Sequence record: PQ615101
DNA from: Shigella phage SP21535
Length of the DNA: 64,000 nucleotides
Direction: 5' to 3' (one strand)
The notes beneath the pieces were generated by a model that was not told where the DNA came from, did no database searches, and worked only from the letters and a program-made list of their open reading frames with translations. This document shows, piece by piece, positions 49,394 through 62,207 of the stretch. The first letter of the stretch is position 1; the number at the start of each line of letters is the position of its first letter. The position numbers and the translations under genes are program-made.

Positions 49394-50857
49394 TTATGCT
49401 GGTGATAAAAAGGTAGAAAGTAATACCCATTCGCCGTCTTTACGAACGTAAGCTTGGCCATCTTTTGGAGCTTCAGGAATATAACCTGCTTCTTGGAGAG
49501 CTTGAACATCACCTTGCAGAGAAGATATACTACCTTTAGCGGTATTCACTTCTTGTGTAACTGATGCAATGTTGGTTTCGTTAGCTTTTATTGAATTGGT
49601 TAATCCGCGTTCTTCGACAGTTGAACCATTTGGGTTAGTTCCATTTACTAAAGTATTTAACGCTACAACTTGCCCTTTAATTCCTGTGCTGTTATTACCA
49701 ATCTCTACTTGTAGGTTTTGAACATCATTATTCAAGCCTGAAACAGAAGTTTCAATTGTAGAAACTTGGTTTAAAAGAGACCCAGGAGGAGAAGGTTGTC
49801 CACCGCTAGAATCAGTTCCAACAATTTGGTTTAACCATGAAACATTCGCTCTTAAACCAGATGAAGTGTTTTCACCGACGATTCCATTCAGAGATTCGAT
49901 TGAAGTTGTATTATCTTTAATTTGACCTTTAATACTCGAAGGAATATCATCTGAACCAATGGAAGTTTCAATAACTGTTAAACGCTGTTTAATACCTCCA
50001 CTTTGATTTAGCTCTAAATTAATAGATGCAATATTATCAGTGTTTGTATTAACACTCGTGATAATCGAATTATTTCCTGGATATCCTATTGAGGTCTTAA
50101 TAGCACTAATGTCAGATTCAAATGTTGTCTGTTTAGTGTCAATTTCATTTAAACGACTATAAACGTTTTGTGAAAATGATGGTGGTTTCGGTCCAAGCTC
50201 TTCACGAAGATTACCAACTTCAATAGTCAAAGAACCTACATCAGATTCAATAAATTTTGTTTCTAATTCGCTTAAACGTATTCCCTGTGAAGTAATGGCA
50301 TCAGTATTATTAATAATGCGATGCTTCATTCCACTACTAGGATTTCCTACAACAGGAAGACCATTAATATCTTGACCTGCGTATTGTCCAAGTTCACGCT
50401 TTATCCACAGTAAATCATTTCTGATCGTTCTGTATACAGAGTTGGCCTCGGAGTTAAATGGACCAATATCAGCAAGAATACTGTCAACCGTACTATTAGT
50501 TCCATTTAATATTTCTGTGTGTTCACTGGTTAGCGTTTTGAGGTCAGAAATATCCTTTTTATTGATACCTATTTGGGCCAAAGCTTCAATATCACCAGAT
50601 ACATCTAAGATGCCCTGAATTGTTTTAATATCACTATTTGTGGTTTCTAAAGATGTTTTAAGTATTCCAATGTTTTTATCAAGAACTTCAACATTTCTTA
50701 GTACAGAAACTGTAGGTCTATTCATTGAACCTTCGCTTCCATACTGCGTGTCAGCTCCTAATATTTCTTCGCCGTTTTTAATCCAGGAAATGCGGCTCTG
50801 GCCCTCTGCAGGAGGGCCGTCAACGAATGGTAAGTCATTCAGTACAATATCTGTCAT
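49394..50857 (-). CDS. wac: Fibritin (whiskers) with C-terminal foldon
   Basis: 487 aa, coiled-coil repeats; C-terminal [27 protein letters not shown] foldon. Confidence 0.95.
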   Translation of the reverse strand: MTDIVLNDLPFVDGPPAEGQSRISWIKNGEEILGADTQYGSEGSMNRPTVSVLRNVEVLDKNIGILKTSLETTNSDIKTIQGILDVSGDIEALAQIGINKKDISDLKTLTSEHTEILNGTNSTVDSILADIGPFNSEANSVYRTIRNDLLWIKRELGQYAGQDINGLPVVGNPSSGMKHRIINNTDAITSQGIRLSELETKFIESDVGSLTIEVGNLREELGPKPPSFSQNVYSRLNEIDTKQTTFESDISAIKTSIGYPGNNSIITSVNTNTDNIASINLELNQSGGIKQRLTVIETSIGSDDIPSSIKGQIKDNTTSIESLNGIVGENTSSGLRANVSWLNQIVGTDSSGGQPSPPGSLLNQVSTIETSVSGLNNDVQNLQVEIGNNSTGIKGQVVALNTLVNGTNPNGSTVEERGLTNSIKANETNIASVTQEVNTAKGSISSLQGDVQALQEAGYIPEAPKDGQAYVRKDGEWVLLSTFLSPA

Positions 50858-52437
50858 TCTTTTACCTTAATTATGTAGTTTAAAGAAATGTTCCATGGAC
50901 GTGTTTCATTTCCAATTAATTCAGGACGATTTAATGTATATTTGGAATTACGCTGCGATTCTGGGTCAATTTCATATCCGTCATTGGTGAAGTATGAACG
51001 GTTATCCCAGTCAAGTCCTTTACGTGTACCAACAAAATTTGATCTACGGGTATTACCGAATGCCCCAGAATCATCATGCTCACCAAATCCACCAGCATGT
51101 TTATGATAAGACATCTGCTGTTTTTGTACTTCACCAACATATCCACCGGTACAACCTACACCTAATCTAGGCTTACCAAATTGGTCATTACCATTAACGT
51201 TTGGATTTGTTAAGTGAGAGCCACGACCAGAGCCACGAACAAAAAGACCACGCATATCAGGTAATCCAGGATTTGATGAGCTTCCGCCGTATCTTGTTCC
51301 AATTCTAGAAGCATATAATGGACAATCTGACGCTGAAACAGTTCCACCATGGCAAAAACGCCAAGCATCACTAGGAAGACTATCAGCGGCCCACATCATA
51401 ATAGCTCCGACAGGAATAGTTCTATCAATTTCATTTTGTGTTACGACACGCTTACCTTGAATATAACCACCGGTCATGTTAACTGTTCCGGTAATATTTG
51501 CTCCGCCTGAAGCTATTGTAAGTGTGTTATTAATGCGGAGTGTTCCATTAATAGTTTGACCGCCTCTTTGGTGGATAACGTCAGCATTCCAAGCTAGTGC
51601 TGATGAAGCATCTCCTCCACTCTGTGAACCGGCCGTTGTTGTTAATCTAACTACGCCTCTCATTGACGTTGTAGAACCACGACCATTAAGAGTTGCGCCA
51701 GTAACTGCGACTGAAGCATTATTCGAGTTAACTTCTGACTGTGTTCCTAATTTAATTACACCTTTATACTCTTCAGTAGCAGTAGAATTCATAAACGTAT
51801 AAGGAGAAATTGCATAGCCTTCTCTTAAAGTTCCTTGACGAACTTGCGCTACTGTTGCTAATTGAACAACGCCTTGGGCCGATTCGGTAGCTGTAGTTTC
51901 AGAAGGAGCAATTTGCGCAATTAATTTAATAGCTAACTGTTGAGTTTTTAATGGAGTCATTGCAGTAGTATCATCTGCACCAGCTAATGCTTGTGGTAGA
52001 GATGAAATTTTAATAACACCATTCGAGGATTCAGTTGAAACACGAGTTTCAAACGCATTATTAAGGGCGACAGTAAATTTAGCTGGAGTTATAGAAGATT
52101 CATTATTAACTCCGGCAATGGCTTCATCATTGGTTGAATATCTTGTTAATCCGTAAACAGTTTCAGTTGCGTTTGGATAAGATAATCTTGTTGCCAACGT
52201 TGCTGGTGTAACTGCTTTGGTATTATTAGTTCCATCTATAACTTCCTGTTCAGTGGCAAGAAATAAAATTCCCTTTGTTGTTGACGATGCATCAGGAACT
52301 CCATTTACGCCAGCAGGAGAAATGGCTGCTATAGCAGCCTGAACATCAGTAATCTCTGGTGGAAAATTCGTATCGGTAGGATCAAATTTTACATAACGAG
52401 ATTCATTAGAAACGTGTTGATATGTATTATTACTCAT
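50854..52437 (-). CDS. 12: Short tail fiber protein
   Basis: 527 aa, beta-helical repeats, synteny. Confidence 0.9.
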   Translation of the reverse strand: MSNNTYQHVSNESRYVKFDPTDTNFPPEITDVQAAIAAISPAGVNGVPDASSTTKGILFLATEQEVIDGTNNTKAVTPATLATRLSYPNATETVYGLTRYSTNDEAIAGVNNESSITPAKFTVALNNAFETRVSTESSNGVIKISSLPQALAGADDTTAMTPLKTQQLAIKLIAQIAPSETTATESAQGVVQLATVAQVRQGTLREGYAISPYTFMNSTATEEYKGVIKLGTQSEVNSNNASVAVTGATLNGRGSTTSMRGVVRLTTTAGSQSGGDASSALAWNADVIHQRGGQTINGTLRINNTLTIASGGANITGTVNMTGGYIQGKRVVTQNEIDRTIPVGAIMMWAADSLPSDAWRFCHGGTVSASDCPLYASRIGTRYGGSSSNPGLPDMRGLFVRGSGRGSHLTNPNVNGNDQFGKPRLGVGCTGGYVGEVQKQQMSYHKHAGGFGEHDDSGAFGNTRRSNFVGTRKGLDWDNRSYFTNDGYEIDPESQRNSKYTLNRPELIGNETRPWNISLNYIIKVKE

Positions 52438-53093
52438 GCTGTTCTCTCAAAATGATAAAATACTGTAGGAGTCTGCTGATTATCTAAAGTTACCGTTTGT
52501 GCGCCCAATAAATTCCATGTACCATAGCCAGGTTTAGACTCAGAAATAATTTCCTGCGAAATAGTTATTCCATATGTAGAATATGTGCTTAATACATGTT
52601 TTTGATTATCTAAATAAGTAACTTCTAATTTACTACCATCTGTTGGATGGTCTTTATATGAGTTGATAGCAGTAAATGACGCAATAGCTTCTTGAAGGGC
52701 AACACGAACTTTTGCAACAAACTCAATAGCCGTCATTCCAGTTGTTGCTGAAACTGGAAGACCAAATACTAATACCGTAACAGGAGAACCCGGAGGAAGA
52801 GAATCGTCTGTTACAGTTCCAGAAAATGCCCAATAATCAGTTTGAGAAACACCCTCAGGAGAAACACCAGTTTTATTAGTAATAATTGTACCAACGTCTT
52901 TTATAGAAAAATTATGAACGTCATTAATAGCTGATTCTACGTTTGGTTCATAAAATCCTTTCGCTAATTGAGAAATTGTCACTGACCCAACTGATTGACG
53001 ATTCATTACATCTATATTACCAGCTTTAGGTCTAAAACCAAGAAAATCGGCTAAGCGGGAAATAACTCCCGCTTTATTATTAAGTAAACTCAT
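52434..53093 (-). CDS. 11: Baseplate wedge / short-tail-fiber connector
   Basis: About 219 aa from [20 protein letters not shown]...; the ORF track extends to 53111. Confidence 0.85.
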   Translation of the reverse strand: MSLLNNKAGVISRLADFLGFRPKAGNIDVMNRQSVGSVTISQLAKGFYEPNVESAINDVHNFSIKDVGTIITNKTGVSPEGVSQTDYWAFSGTVTDDSLPPGSPVTVLVFGLPVSATTGMTAIEFVAKVRVALQEAIASFTAINSYKDHPTDGSKLEVTYLDNQKHVLSTYSTYGITISQEIISESKPGYGTWNLLGAQTVTLDNQQTPTVFYHFERTA

Positions 53094-54901
53094 TATGCAA
53101 TCCTTATCCAACGATAAACTGTAATATATGGTTGAATGTTAGTTATTGATGTTGGCGGAGTGTGAGTAGAGTTAGTAGATGCTTTAGCTTCACGGTATTT
53201 AGTGTAAATTGGACCGGATTCATCTGGATCGTATTGACACCCACCAACAATGACTGATCCATTTTCATCAACTATTAGAACTTCTTCATCTGTTTCAGTT
53301 GCAGGAAGATTAGCATTTTCCAATGTAACCGAAGTAGAACCACCTGTTCCACCTGCAGTATGCGAAGGACTTCCACCAGAATCTAAATCGTTGTTATTTA
53401 GAGCGAAATTCGGATCCGAAATATCTTCATTCCATCCAACTAAAACTTTTCCTTGCCCAAATAATTTCCATGAGCCGAATCCCATATATGTAACAGGGTT
53501 GTTTGGATTAACAGCGTTTTCATATATAGTTCCAATAGGATAAATCGTATCAAAGATATTTGAAACAGCATTAAATTCGCGTTGATAAGATTGAACTGCT
53601 TCTACATTTGGCCAACCAATTTTATCGAAGTCTGTTAAATTTACATCACCAGAAATATCTACTCCCGGCCCTTGCGATACATAGAGATTATCAGTTTCAT
53701 CAATAATCTCATCTTTTGTCAATAATGTACCCAAATCATTATTAAACCAGGTGATATTGATAATGTCACCATGCTCAAATACTCTATCGAAATGTAAAAT
53801 TTCCGGTATGCCGTTTTCATCAGTTTCAATTGAATAATCGGTATGAGATTGTTCCCAAGTTCCACCTAAAACAGAGCATTCTACTTCATCGTCTGAATCG
53901 GCACCAACACAATGAAATAATGGCATTCCAACTGTGCCAGCCAATTCCTGCAAAATCCCGTTAAAACGAACCTCAAGAGAGTTAGGATTAATAGGTTCTC
54001 CTGGAATTAATCCAAAAGCAGAAAATGGAATTGATTTCATTGTTGATAAATCAGTAACGTAAATGCTTCCTTCTAAAGAAGTTTTTGACGTTAATTTTGA
54101 ATCTAACAATCTGATTTGACGTCTTGTATATGAACTTCTCCACTGCGATACACCATCCATAAATGTTTCAATTTGAACAGTGTCACCAATATTACAAGGC
54201 TGTCTTAATCGAATATTAAATCCATCAAGAGGAACTAGTTCTCCTTCATTTTCGCCCGGAGAGCCAAAATCACTGTTTTCGCTAAACACATCGCCGTAAT
54301 ACAATTCGTTACCACGATGTTTTACTCTGATGTTATTTACATTATAACTGGTTCCACGAAAAACATCTAAAAAGTCTGTTTGTCCTTGGACTTCGACTAA
54401 AAATTCTTTACGAGCTACATTACTAATGTCTGAACTGGTAATTTTGTCAATTTGTTTATTTTTGACATATTCCCAACGTCCTGGGGCACAATACACTAGT
54501 TCTAAATCGCTGAATTGAACATTAATTTCAACTGGTACTGCAGACCCTTTAATCGTATCACCGGAAGCAGCTACTAAAGTAACTGGGTTGACGTTCCATG
54601 TAGCAAATACGTCTCTAGCTCTAATTACCTTGTTGTAATCATTAACTGTTCCTTTTGGAAGATTTATAGTCACTCTTCCAGAAGAGGTATTAATAGCGTA
54701 TGATTTTCCCCATTCAGCTTTTAGTGTTTGCCCAGATGAAGCATCATAAGTTTTCCAGGCACCAGCTGAATATGGAACGTCTCCATCACCGAGCTCGTAA
54801 TAAAGCTCATCAAAGTTTTCATTTATTTTTATACCACCTTTACGCAGGTAGTCACCGGTACCATCATCTACAACATTACCGATATTAATATTTTGTTTCA
54901 T
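53093..54901 (-). CDS. 10: Baseplate wedge subunit and tail pin
   Basis: 602 aa, synteny. Confidence 0.9.
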   Translation of the reverse strand: MKQNINIGNVVDDGTGDYLRKGGIKINENFDELYYELGDGDVPYSAGAWKTYDASSGQTLKAEWGKSYAINTSSGRVTINLPKGTVNDYNKVIRARDVFATWNVNPVTLVAASGDTIKGSAVPVEINVQFSDLELVYCAPGRWEYVKNKQIDKITSSDISNVARKEFLVEVQGQTDFLDVFRGTSYNVNNIRVKHRGNELYYGDVFSENSDFGSPGENEGELVPLDGFNIRLRQPCNIGDTVQIETFMDGVSQWRSSYTRRQIRLLDSKLTSKTSLEGSIYVTDLSTMKSIPFSAFGLIPGEPINPNSLEVRFNGILQELAGTVGMPLFHCVGADSDDEVECSVLGGTWEQSHTDYSIETDENGIPEILHFDRVFEHGDIINITWFNNDLGTLLTKDEIIDETDNLYVSQGPGVDISGDVNLTDFDKIGWPNVEAVQSYQREFNAVSNIFDTIYPIGTIYENAVNPNNPVTYMGFGSWKLFGQGKVLVGWNEDISDPNFALNNNDLDSGGSPSHTAGGTGGSTSVTLENANLPATETDEEVLIVDENGSVIVGGCQYDPDESGPIYTKYREAKASTNSTHTPPTSITNIQPYITVYRWIRIA

Positions 54902-55767
54902 TATTGAGCCACCCCGATTTTCTGCGTAGCGATAACTTTAACTGCTGCTCTCATACCGACAGTTGAAGAACTTATAGTCGCCGTTACATAATTTTCTTTA
55001 ATACTAAATGCAATATTAGCGATTTCGTCTTCTTCGGTTTCATTCCCAACTCGCATGACAGCATATTCAGAAGAAATGACCTCTGAATTAACAGTATCCA
55101 CAAGAATATTTATTTCTGCTGTTTTAATTTTTCTTCCATCTACCGATTGGCACGTAACTAGCAATTTAGCCATATTGTATTCAGTGCGATGAAATAATGG
55201 AATGTCAACTGATCCAGATGTAGAAATATTCCATGTACCTTCAGCTGGTGATTCCTTTTGACCAAACATACTTTCAATAGAATAATTCCACACCGATGTG
55301 GAATTATCAGATGAAATACAGCGTAAAGTTACTTTACTATATGGGCTAGTTACTACTAAATTACCAGAAACACCTTTAATTGAATCAATCGCTTGAATCG
55401 TTAAAGGATTAGTAACTGATATAGATCCATTTGAGTTAATAAATTCAACGCAGTCACCAAGTTCGCCTCTTTCAATGATAACTTTAACACCTACAGTAGA
55501 GGTATCAATATCATGCCTAGTGCCAACTTTTACTGGAGTTGCGTACTCTGCAATAGAGTGTTTTTGATAATATCCAGTAGCATGGATAATTTGGCCATCT
55601 GCTCCAGTTCCATTTGCTACTGCCATTTTACGTTGATCGCCAAACGCATTATAAATTGCATTAAAATCACTATTAATTTTATTACCACCGTCGAATAAGA
55701 TATCACCAGTAGAAGCGTTACCAATTTCGCCGGTATCAATCAATTTCTTTGGTTCTTGAATGAACAT
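54901..55767 (-). CDS. 9: Baseplate wedge, long-tail-fiber socket
   Basis: 288 aa, synteny. Confidence 0.9.
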   Translation of the reverse strand: MFIQEPKKLIDTGEIGNASTGDILFDGGNKINSDFNAIYNAFGDQRKMAVANGTGADGQIIHATGYYQKHSIAEYATPVKVGTRHDIDTSTVGVKVIIERGELGDCVEFINSNGSISVTNPLTIQAIDSIKGVSGNLVVTSPYSKVTLRCISSDNSTSVWNYSIESMFGQKESPAEGTWNISTSGSVDIPLFHRTEYNMAKLLVTCQSVDGRKIKTAEINILVDTVNSEVISSEYAVMRVGNETEEDEIANIAFSIKENYVTATISSSTVGMRAAVKVIATQKIGVAQ

Positions 55768-55794
55768 AGCGGTTTCCTTATGAGTTTATAGTAT

Positions 55795-55802
55795 TTATAA
55801 AG
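55795..55802 (-). promoter_or_regulatory. Late promoter (TATAAATA, minus strand) upstream of gene 9
   Basis: Plus-strand TATTTATA about 28 nt upstream of the gene 9 start. Confidence 0.5.
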
Positions 55803-55810
55803 AAAAAGGG

Positions 55811-55828
55811 AGCCCATGGGCTCCCTTA
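55811..55828 (-). terminator. Terminator after gene 8 (gggagcccatgggctccc plus T-run on minus strand)
   Basis: Perfect palindromic hairpin; minus-strand downstream tract TTTTTCTTT. Confidence 0.6.
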
Positions 55829-55830
55829 AG

Positions 55831-56835
55831 TTAAAATGTAAACAGAATATTGATTTCTTCTGTTTGATCCATTGCCATAATAATAGGTGGCCTATTTTCC
55901 ATATAAATCATTTCGCCCGAATGCCTCATTAAATCTTCCGGATCATAATAATCCTTTTCAGCTTTAACGTTTGGGTCATTTGGATGAGCTTTAGCTTCAA
56001 GAGGATTCGTGATTATTGATATTTGTCTAAATCCTTTATTTCCCGGCAATGCAGCTTCCGGAAAATAAACTGAATCTAAATATGCTTTAAAACGGATAGT
56101 ATTTGCCTTAACACGGTAAATTAATCCAAAATCATCTTGTTGCCAAGTGAGGTTATCTTCATACCCCCATCTAGTCGGGTCTTCTTTTAATTCTTCCGGC
56201 CAAGGAACCACGATATATTCATTCGTGCATCTATTTATAGATACATCAGGTGGAATCTCAAAAAGATATTCCCAAACATATCCGTCGCCGGGTTCGATTG
56301 TTCCTTCCGCGTCTCCTCGACCTTCAGGAGGAGTCATTGACCTAACAGAAGGAGTCCATTTTCCACCTAACTTAAGGCATTCATCCTTATTAGTTAAAGA
56401 CTCAATTGAACACATTCCTGTGTCAGGAACATCTAAACAACGATATACTAACCAGCCTGCGCCTGATTCAGTAGCATTGTAAGGAGCTGAGTTACACACT
56501 ACAATATCGTTAATTCTAAATGTGTATGGATCTGGATATCTAGTATCTCCCCAATCTCGACGAGGAATAACTGCATCAAGCATAGATGGAAGAACCTTTA
56601 CAGTTCCCATCATATGCGTCCACATGTCAGTTACGCCTAATACAGAATCAGTAGGATAAGGTGGAGCAAAGCCCACCTCATTTTCATTTGATGACCACGG
56701 TTCTGATCTTCCAAATGTGATAAAGATAGTGTTTTTATCCGGACCACTTCCAATTGAATTATAAAAATTCAACATTTTTTCTGTTCTAAATTTTGAAGTA
56801 ACTATCGCACGATAGATAACACTTGAATCATTCAT
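55831..56835 (-). CDS. 8: Baseplate wedge subunit
   Basis: 334 aa, synteny. Confidence 0.9.
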   Translation of the reverse strand: MNDSSVIYRAIVTSKFRTEKMLNFYNSIGSGPDKNTIFITFGRSEPWSSNENEVGFAPPYPTDSVLGVTDMWTHMMGTVKVLPSMLDAVIPRRDWGDTRYPDPYTFRINDIVVCNSAPYNATESGAGWLVYRCLDVPDTGMCSIESLTNKDECLKLGGKWTPSVRSMTPPEGRGDAEGTIEPGDGYVWEYLFEIPPDVSINRCTNEYIVVPWPEELKEDPTRWGYEDNLTWQQDDFGLIYRVKANTIRFKAYLDSVYFPEAALPGNKGFRQISIITNPLEAKAHPNDPNVKAEKDYYDPEDLMRHSGEMIYMENRPPIIMAMDQTEEINILFTF

Positions 56836-59800
56836 CTATTTTAACCTGTGTTGGATTTTCAGGGTCTCTTGGATTTCCTATATTATCTTTTAGACGTTTA
56901 TTAACTAAATCCCTAAATTGTGCAAATGTTGTTCCAGATGCATCGAATAAAGGACTCATTAATTTACGTCGTTCAGACGGCAATTGACCTTGAAATATTG
57001 AATTATTATTTTCAGCATTATAGTCATCAGGAAGAGGATATTTTACACCAGCCATTGGGCCAGGTTCATAAATTGCTTCGCCTGTTACTGAATCATGCTC
57101 AATTTCGCCAGTTGGAGTCAATTTAGCTACTCTATCAGCATATTCAGTAGGCAATCCAGAATCCCATTTATAGTTTTTGTATTTATTAATTATAGTCTCT
57201 GTATGTTTAAGAGTTAAACCAACATTAATAAACATCGTTAAAAGAGTAATTGCTATAAATCCAAATCCTACTGGATGAACAAAACGAATAACGTCAGATT
57301 TCCAGCGGGAAGAAGGTAAATTGGATTTAATTTTCATTACATAATATGATCTACTTCTATTAATATAGTCTATGTTATTTTGAAGCAAATCCTTTCCTTT
57401 AACCCCGCGAATAATTTCGCCTTCGAAACTAGGGAGTCTTTCTGCTTTAACTTCTTGACCGGCAATTAATCTTCCCAAAAGATTATGAATAGTTACGGTC
57501 CATTGCAATTTACCATTAGAATAGCTTCTTTCTATATAAGTAACATTACATCTTCCTGTAGCTGTATAAATCGTTTGTCCTACTAAGTCTTCGGTCAAAG
57601 AATCAGATTGAACGATTATATCATATTCAGTACCAGCCCCAGATTCAATTTCAATTTCAACTTCTTCATTATAAAGAACTTTAAAAAGAAATTTGTATGA
57701 TGCTTCAATTCCTTTAGTGGAATAAAAATCATAGCTACGTGATTCAAAAAATCTTGCAACAGCATCGCGTTTGTCAGCATTTAAATAAATGTTTCTTTTA
57801 TATATCTCTGACCACAAATATTCCCACGCATGCTCTTCTCGCGGATATTGGTTACGAATTAAATTTCGTAAATTATTATACTGAGTTCCATATCCATCAG
57901 AAAGATACTGAATATATGCTTCGCAGAATGCCTCAAAATTAGAATCCTGTAGCAAATAAGAATCAGGCATCATTGTGCCAATCAATGGTCTTAAATCAGG
58001 ATCAGCTAATCCATGCTCTTCTTCCGGGGACCAAGGAGTTTCACGCTCTTGGTTTTGTAAAAATGCTTTTAAAAATATTCCAGTTGGCTTCCAAATTATT
58101 TCAACCGTGTCTCTCACTCGATAGTTAAAATCATAGTAAGAAATTATTTCACCAGAAGACTTATAAAAAAGCATCCCAGACGCATATTTTTTAAATCCCG
58201 TGAATTTAACATTTGGCATTACTATCGTGCAATCACCATCATCCCAATATTCATGAACTAATCTATCTGGCGATGTTTCCGGAATATTTTCTATAACTTT
58301 AGTGTATTTTAAATCAGCATAAACTACTACAGCTCTATCAGAGTTGTTTATCCAACAGCGTGTGTTAGATTTTTTAGACCAGTTAAAGAATGGTTCTGCA
58401 TAGTATTTCATCGGCTGAGGCGTAAAAGTTTCCCAATCAGATTTTTCGTCTGCTATAAATGCCATCATATGATAATGCTTATCAGCTAGCCATTCACGAG
58501 GAAATTCATATTTAACAGCACCGATTAACTGATATTTCGTTGCAGTTTCAGGGTCATTAACAATGTTATCACTTAAAAATTTAAAATTACTCGAAGACAG
58601 AGAAACTAATTTACCATCAGTTGACATATTCGCATACCCTGGTTGAATGCGTCTTCTTTCTTCTTCAGTGTTGCCAAAAACTCTTTTCCACGTTTTTGTG
58701 TCGTGATTTAAAACATATATTCCTTTATCAGCAGAATCAATTATTTTTGATGTTCTAGGATTAGCATTTAATGTTTCAACTTCACCAATAATAAGAGCAA
58801 AAACTTTATCACCGATAGAATCCATTTTATAGCATACTGCTTTAGGATTTCCGGTTATAGTCATTGTATCAGGCTCAAAAAGCCTTTCCGAATATGTTGG
58901 AGATAATGGATCAGAATCTATAGGTGCATTACTCGTTTTTATGTATCTAACTTTATCTCTGGCGACAACGTAAATGTAATCATCGGTGCAAGTAATAGCT
59001 TCTGCAATGCGATATACATTCGCTGGCAAAGTTGCGTAAGTGGCAAAAATTTCTACATCAAATCCTAAATGTAATTGGTCGCCAAGTTTAGCGAATGTTA
59101 TATCTTGAGAACTAAATCTGACATCATCAGCTGACCATCTAACATCAGTAGATTTGCGGCCATAGAAAATCTTGTCGTATCCTAGAACGTATGTTGTGTT
59201 CGCAGATTGGTAATATACTGTCTTAGATAAAGGATATCCTACGCGGTCATTGAAGAGCTTTACAGCTTTCCAGGTTTGTCCTTTATCATTGGATACTTTA
59301 ACTACAGGTTGATAACGCTCAAAAAGATATAGAATCCCTTCTGATTCCATCAAATAAACTCGGTTAATATCCTTACATACTTGCTGAATAGAACCCTGTA
59401 TTTCATGGTACTCATTTTCACCAATAATAAAATTACTTATTGATGAAACATCAACATATGATGGGCTGAACTGAAATGATTCATTCATCAATGCAGCCAT
59501 TATAGTGTCATTATTAAAATTGACATAATCAGAATTATTAAGAGTAAATTTTTCCTGAATGAATTTATTAGCTAATTGCATTTCAATCATGTTTTGAAAT
59601 GTATAAGCGTTTGTAGCAAAAGTTTCAAACTCTTCGGTATAAATCCAATCAGACTGCTCAAAATCCTGCGCAGCTGTAGCTACTCTAATAATGTACGATG
59701 TCAATGGATTAGCATTATCAAAAAAGAAGCTGTTATTTGCAGTATATCCTAAGTTAATCCATCTGTATTGATTACTCGGGAGATTTTCCCCCGAGTTTGT

Positions 59801-59926
59801 TTTTGTCTCAGCGATTTCTACAAAATAGTAGAAATTAGCACCAACGTCATCCCAGCGTACTTGCACCTGATTTGCGGATAACTTGGAAATTCTGAGACTA
59901 GTGACTGAAGGTGCTTTTACTGTCAT
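56828..59926 (-). CDS. 7: Baseplate wedge initiator
   Basis: 1032 aa, synteny. Confidence 0.9.
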   Translation of the reverse strand: MTVKAPSVTSLRISKLSANQVQVRWDDVGANFYYFVEIAETKTNSGENLPSNQYRWINLGYTANNSFFFDNANPLTSYIIRVATAAQDFEQSDWIYTEEFETFATNAYTFQNMIEMQLANKFIQEKFTLNNSDYVNFNNDTIMAALMNESFQFSPSYVDVSSISNFIIGENEYHEIQGSIQQVCKDINRVYLMESEGILYLFERYQPVVKVSNDKGQTWKAVKLFNDRVGYPLSKTVYYQSANTTYVLGYDKIFYGRKSTDVRWSADDVRFSSQDITFAKLGDQLHLGFDVEIFATYATLPANVYRIAEAITCTDDYIYVVARDKVRYIKTSNAPIDSDPLSPTYSERLFEPDTMTITGNPKAVCYKMDSIGDKVFALIIGEVETLNANPRTSKIIDSADKGIYVLNHDTKTWKRVFGNTEEERRRIQPGYANMSTDGKLVSLSSSNFKFLSDNIVNDPETATKYQLIGAVKYEFPREWLADKHYHMMAFIADEKSDWETFTPQPMKYYAEPFFNWSKKSNTRCWINNSDRAVVVYADLKYTKVIENIPETSPDRLVHEYWDDGDCTIVMPNVKFTGFKKYASGMLFYKSSGEIISYYDFNYRVRDTVEIIWKPTGIFLKAFLQNQERETPWSPEEEHGLADPDLRPLIGTMMPDSYLLQDSNFEAFCEAYIQYLSDGYGTQYNNLRNLIRNQYPREEHAWEYLWSEIYKRNIYLNADKRDAVARFFESRSYDFYSTKGIEASYKFLFKVLYNEEVEIEIESGAGTEYDIIVQSDSLTEDLVGQTIYTATGRCNVTYIERSYSNGKLQWTVTIHNLLGRLIAGQEVKAERLPSFEGEIIRGVKGKDLLQNNIDYINRSRSYYVMKIKSNLPSSRWKSDVIRFVHPVGFGFIAITLLTMFINVGLTLKHTETIINKYKNYKWDSGLPTEYADRVAKLTPTGEIEHDSVTGEAIYEPGPMAGVKYPLPDDYNAENNNSIFQGQLPSERRKLMSPLFDASGTTFAQFRDLVNKRLKDNIGNPRDPENPTQVKIDE

Positions 59927-61905
59927 TGTGATATAGGCTCCAAATCGATAGTTAAGTATTGTGGACGTAAGTCATTTTCAAATACAATCAGTGAACCATC
60001 GCGAGTAAAGATAACATCATCGGTTGGGTCAGAATATAATTCAATAGTCTGAACCTCAAATTTATCGGATGTTAAATTAATTTTAGCGATATTCCAATAA
60101 ATCATGTCAGCTGGATAATTTATTTCACCGATAACATAATATTTGTCACGTCCATCAGAATTTGCTAATTTGTTAAAATCGTTGCCTGTATACGGCTGAA
60201 TGTTTTCATTTTCTGTAACATCACCCGAAGCAAATGGACCAATAATAACTTTACCGATTCCTTTAGAATCTCGGTCTGTTGATACTATGCGAACGTCATA
60301 TAATACATCTTCTTCTAAACCAGTATCAGGATTTACAACCTTTCGTCCGGAATTAAATGAAAACGTATTAGATTCCATAGAACGATCTTTTATTTGATTA
60401 TTGTATTTAATACCTGCTTCAGGCGTTTTATAGAAGTTTTGTACTTCACGAACAATTTGAATTGTCGCTGATGAACCAATGATAGAATGATCTGCATCAT
60501 CTACATATGTCAACATCTTAGATTTAGCGAAAGATGAGTTAAAAATTTCTACGTCTTCGGTATAATAACGATCAATTTTATCAATTATTTGACCTTCAAG
60601 CCACTGTTCGGATTCTTGCAGCTTATTTAAAGCATATGTGACTTTTAAATTAGTCTTAATAAAAAGATAATTAGGAGAAATAATTGATGGCGTAATAGGA
60701 GCTAAATTATAGTCTTTGAGATAATTTTTAATATCTTCGCGCTGTACAGTAGTTAAATATAGTCCCGATTTAGGTTTAGCAGCAATAAATGCATAACCAG
60801 GTTTAGTAGAATCAGTGAAAGTCTGAACTGCCTGAATAATAGAACCAAATCTCTCTGAAACGAATGTATCATAGTCAGTCGCAGTTACGCAGCGTTGCTG
60901 GGTTTCACGTTTAATAGTACCCAATTCGCGAATACGTTCAATATCTTCTGGATCACCGCCGCCATCTGCTCCAACAAAATCTGGGTCATCGTTTGGGTTT
61001 TCATTAATATTGATGACAGTTATATTTGTTAATGTATCCGCGTATGAAAATCCGACTGCACCATTCGCATCTGCACCGTTAGTGCTGATGTACTCAATGA
61101 CAATCGTAGAGTTCTGAGTAGGTTTAAGACCTCCAATATAATTAGCGGTCAATGCTCCTTCTGCCGCGTTAACAGAAATCTCACCTTCACCAAAATAAAA
61201 TTCAGTATTTCCATCAATAGTTTCACGCATATAGTAAATCGTTGATGTTGAACCAGCATGAACCATTGACTTTCTCGTCCAGTTAATCCATTCCGCTCCA
61301 TCAACATATAATTTAACCTGGTTTCTATCAATATTTTTATCATAAATGATAATAGGTGTTAATTTATCATAAATGATTTCAGTTCTTACTATACGTCCCT
61401 GAGCTAATTTTAAACGCGGAAAATATTGGTTATTTTTATCGCGAATAGCAATAACATCTTCGGTAGATACAAAGTTATAAGGATTAACTGAAGTATCTTT
61501 TGCATATGCTAAAAAGCGAGTACCACGAGGAATAGTAATGTAATTTCTATTCAATGCGTCGGTACATGTTAACATAATTTCGGTCTGCGCAGCGGATTTT
61601 GAAGTAGGTAAATATCCGTTATCTTGTGCAGCTTGAACAACTGAACTTCGTAAGTTAGCAGTACGCATAAAGCTTTCATACACGGCAGCATTACCAAATT
61701 GTTGAATGTACAATGTATTATAAGCCAAAAGGTCACACAGAACGTTTAATCTTGAGCCTTCAAAATCATAATCCAAAAATTCATTTTGGCCATTAAGCCA
61801 TTCAATGAGGTTTTGTTTTATTTCAGCAAACGTACCCCCGACGAATATCTCGGGAATAGCATTTGCTGTTCTTGTTAATTGATAATTTACAGGGGTATTT
61901 GCCAT
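59923..61905 (-). CDS. 6: Baseplate wedge subunit
   Basis: 660 aa, synteny. Confidence 0.9.
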   Translation of the reverse strand: MANTPVNYQLTRTANAIPEIFVGGTFAEIKQNLIEWLNGQNEFLDYDFEGSRLNVLCDLLAYNTLYIQQFGNAAVYESFMRTANLRSSVVQAAQDNGYLPTSKSAAQTEIMLTCTDALNRNYITIPRGTRFLAYAKDTSVNPYNFVSTEDVIAIRDKNNQYFPRLKLAQGRIVRTEIIYDKLTPIIIYDKNIDRNQVKLYVDGAEWINWTRKSMVHAGSTSTIYYMRETIDGNTEFYFGEGEISVNAAEGALTANYIGGLKPTQNSTIVIEYISTNGADANGAVGFSYADTLTNITVININENPNDDPDFVGADGGGDPEDIERIRELGTIKRETQQRCVTATDYDTFVSERFGSIIQAVQTFTDSTKPGYAFIAAKPKSGLYLTTVQREDIKNYLKDYNLAPITPSIISPNYLFIKTNLKVTYALNKLQESEQWLEGQIIDKIDRYYTEDVEIFNSSFAKSKMLTYVDDADHSIIGSSATIQIVREVQNFYKTPEAGIKYNNQIKDRSMESNTFSFNSGRKVVNPDTGLEEDVLYDVRIVSTDRDSKGIGKVIIGPFASGDVTENENIQPYTGNDFNKLANSDGRDKYYVIGEINYPADMIYWNIAKINLTSDKFEVQTIELYSDPTDDVIFTRDGSLIVFENDLRPQYLTIDLEPISQ

Positions 61906-61913
61906 TTTAAATC

Positions 61914-62207
61914 CTATTTAATGAATACTTTAGATGATGCCTGAGCCACAGTATCACCGCATGATATTGGATCAGCCATTTGAACAGCTTTCTTTCCAGT
62001 GACATATACCTTAGAAGTTCTGGGTTGTGTCACTCCGCCATGTGTTTCATATGGCTTTTTAATTTCTGTATGTTCTGTAATTGGATCACCTGCTACGAGA
62101 ACAGCAATTCCTCCAGTGAATACTTTACTTTGTGTAGCATTCACAACTGTTGGAGGCCACGCTTCATGGCCAGCAGTAACACACTTATCATAACTTAATC
62201 CTGACAT
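61914..62207 (-). CDS. 5.4: PAAR-repeat spike-tip protein
   Basis: 97 aa, [46 protein letters not shown]... PAAR-like fold. Confidence 0.85.
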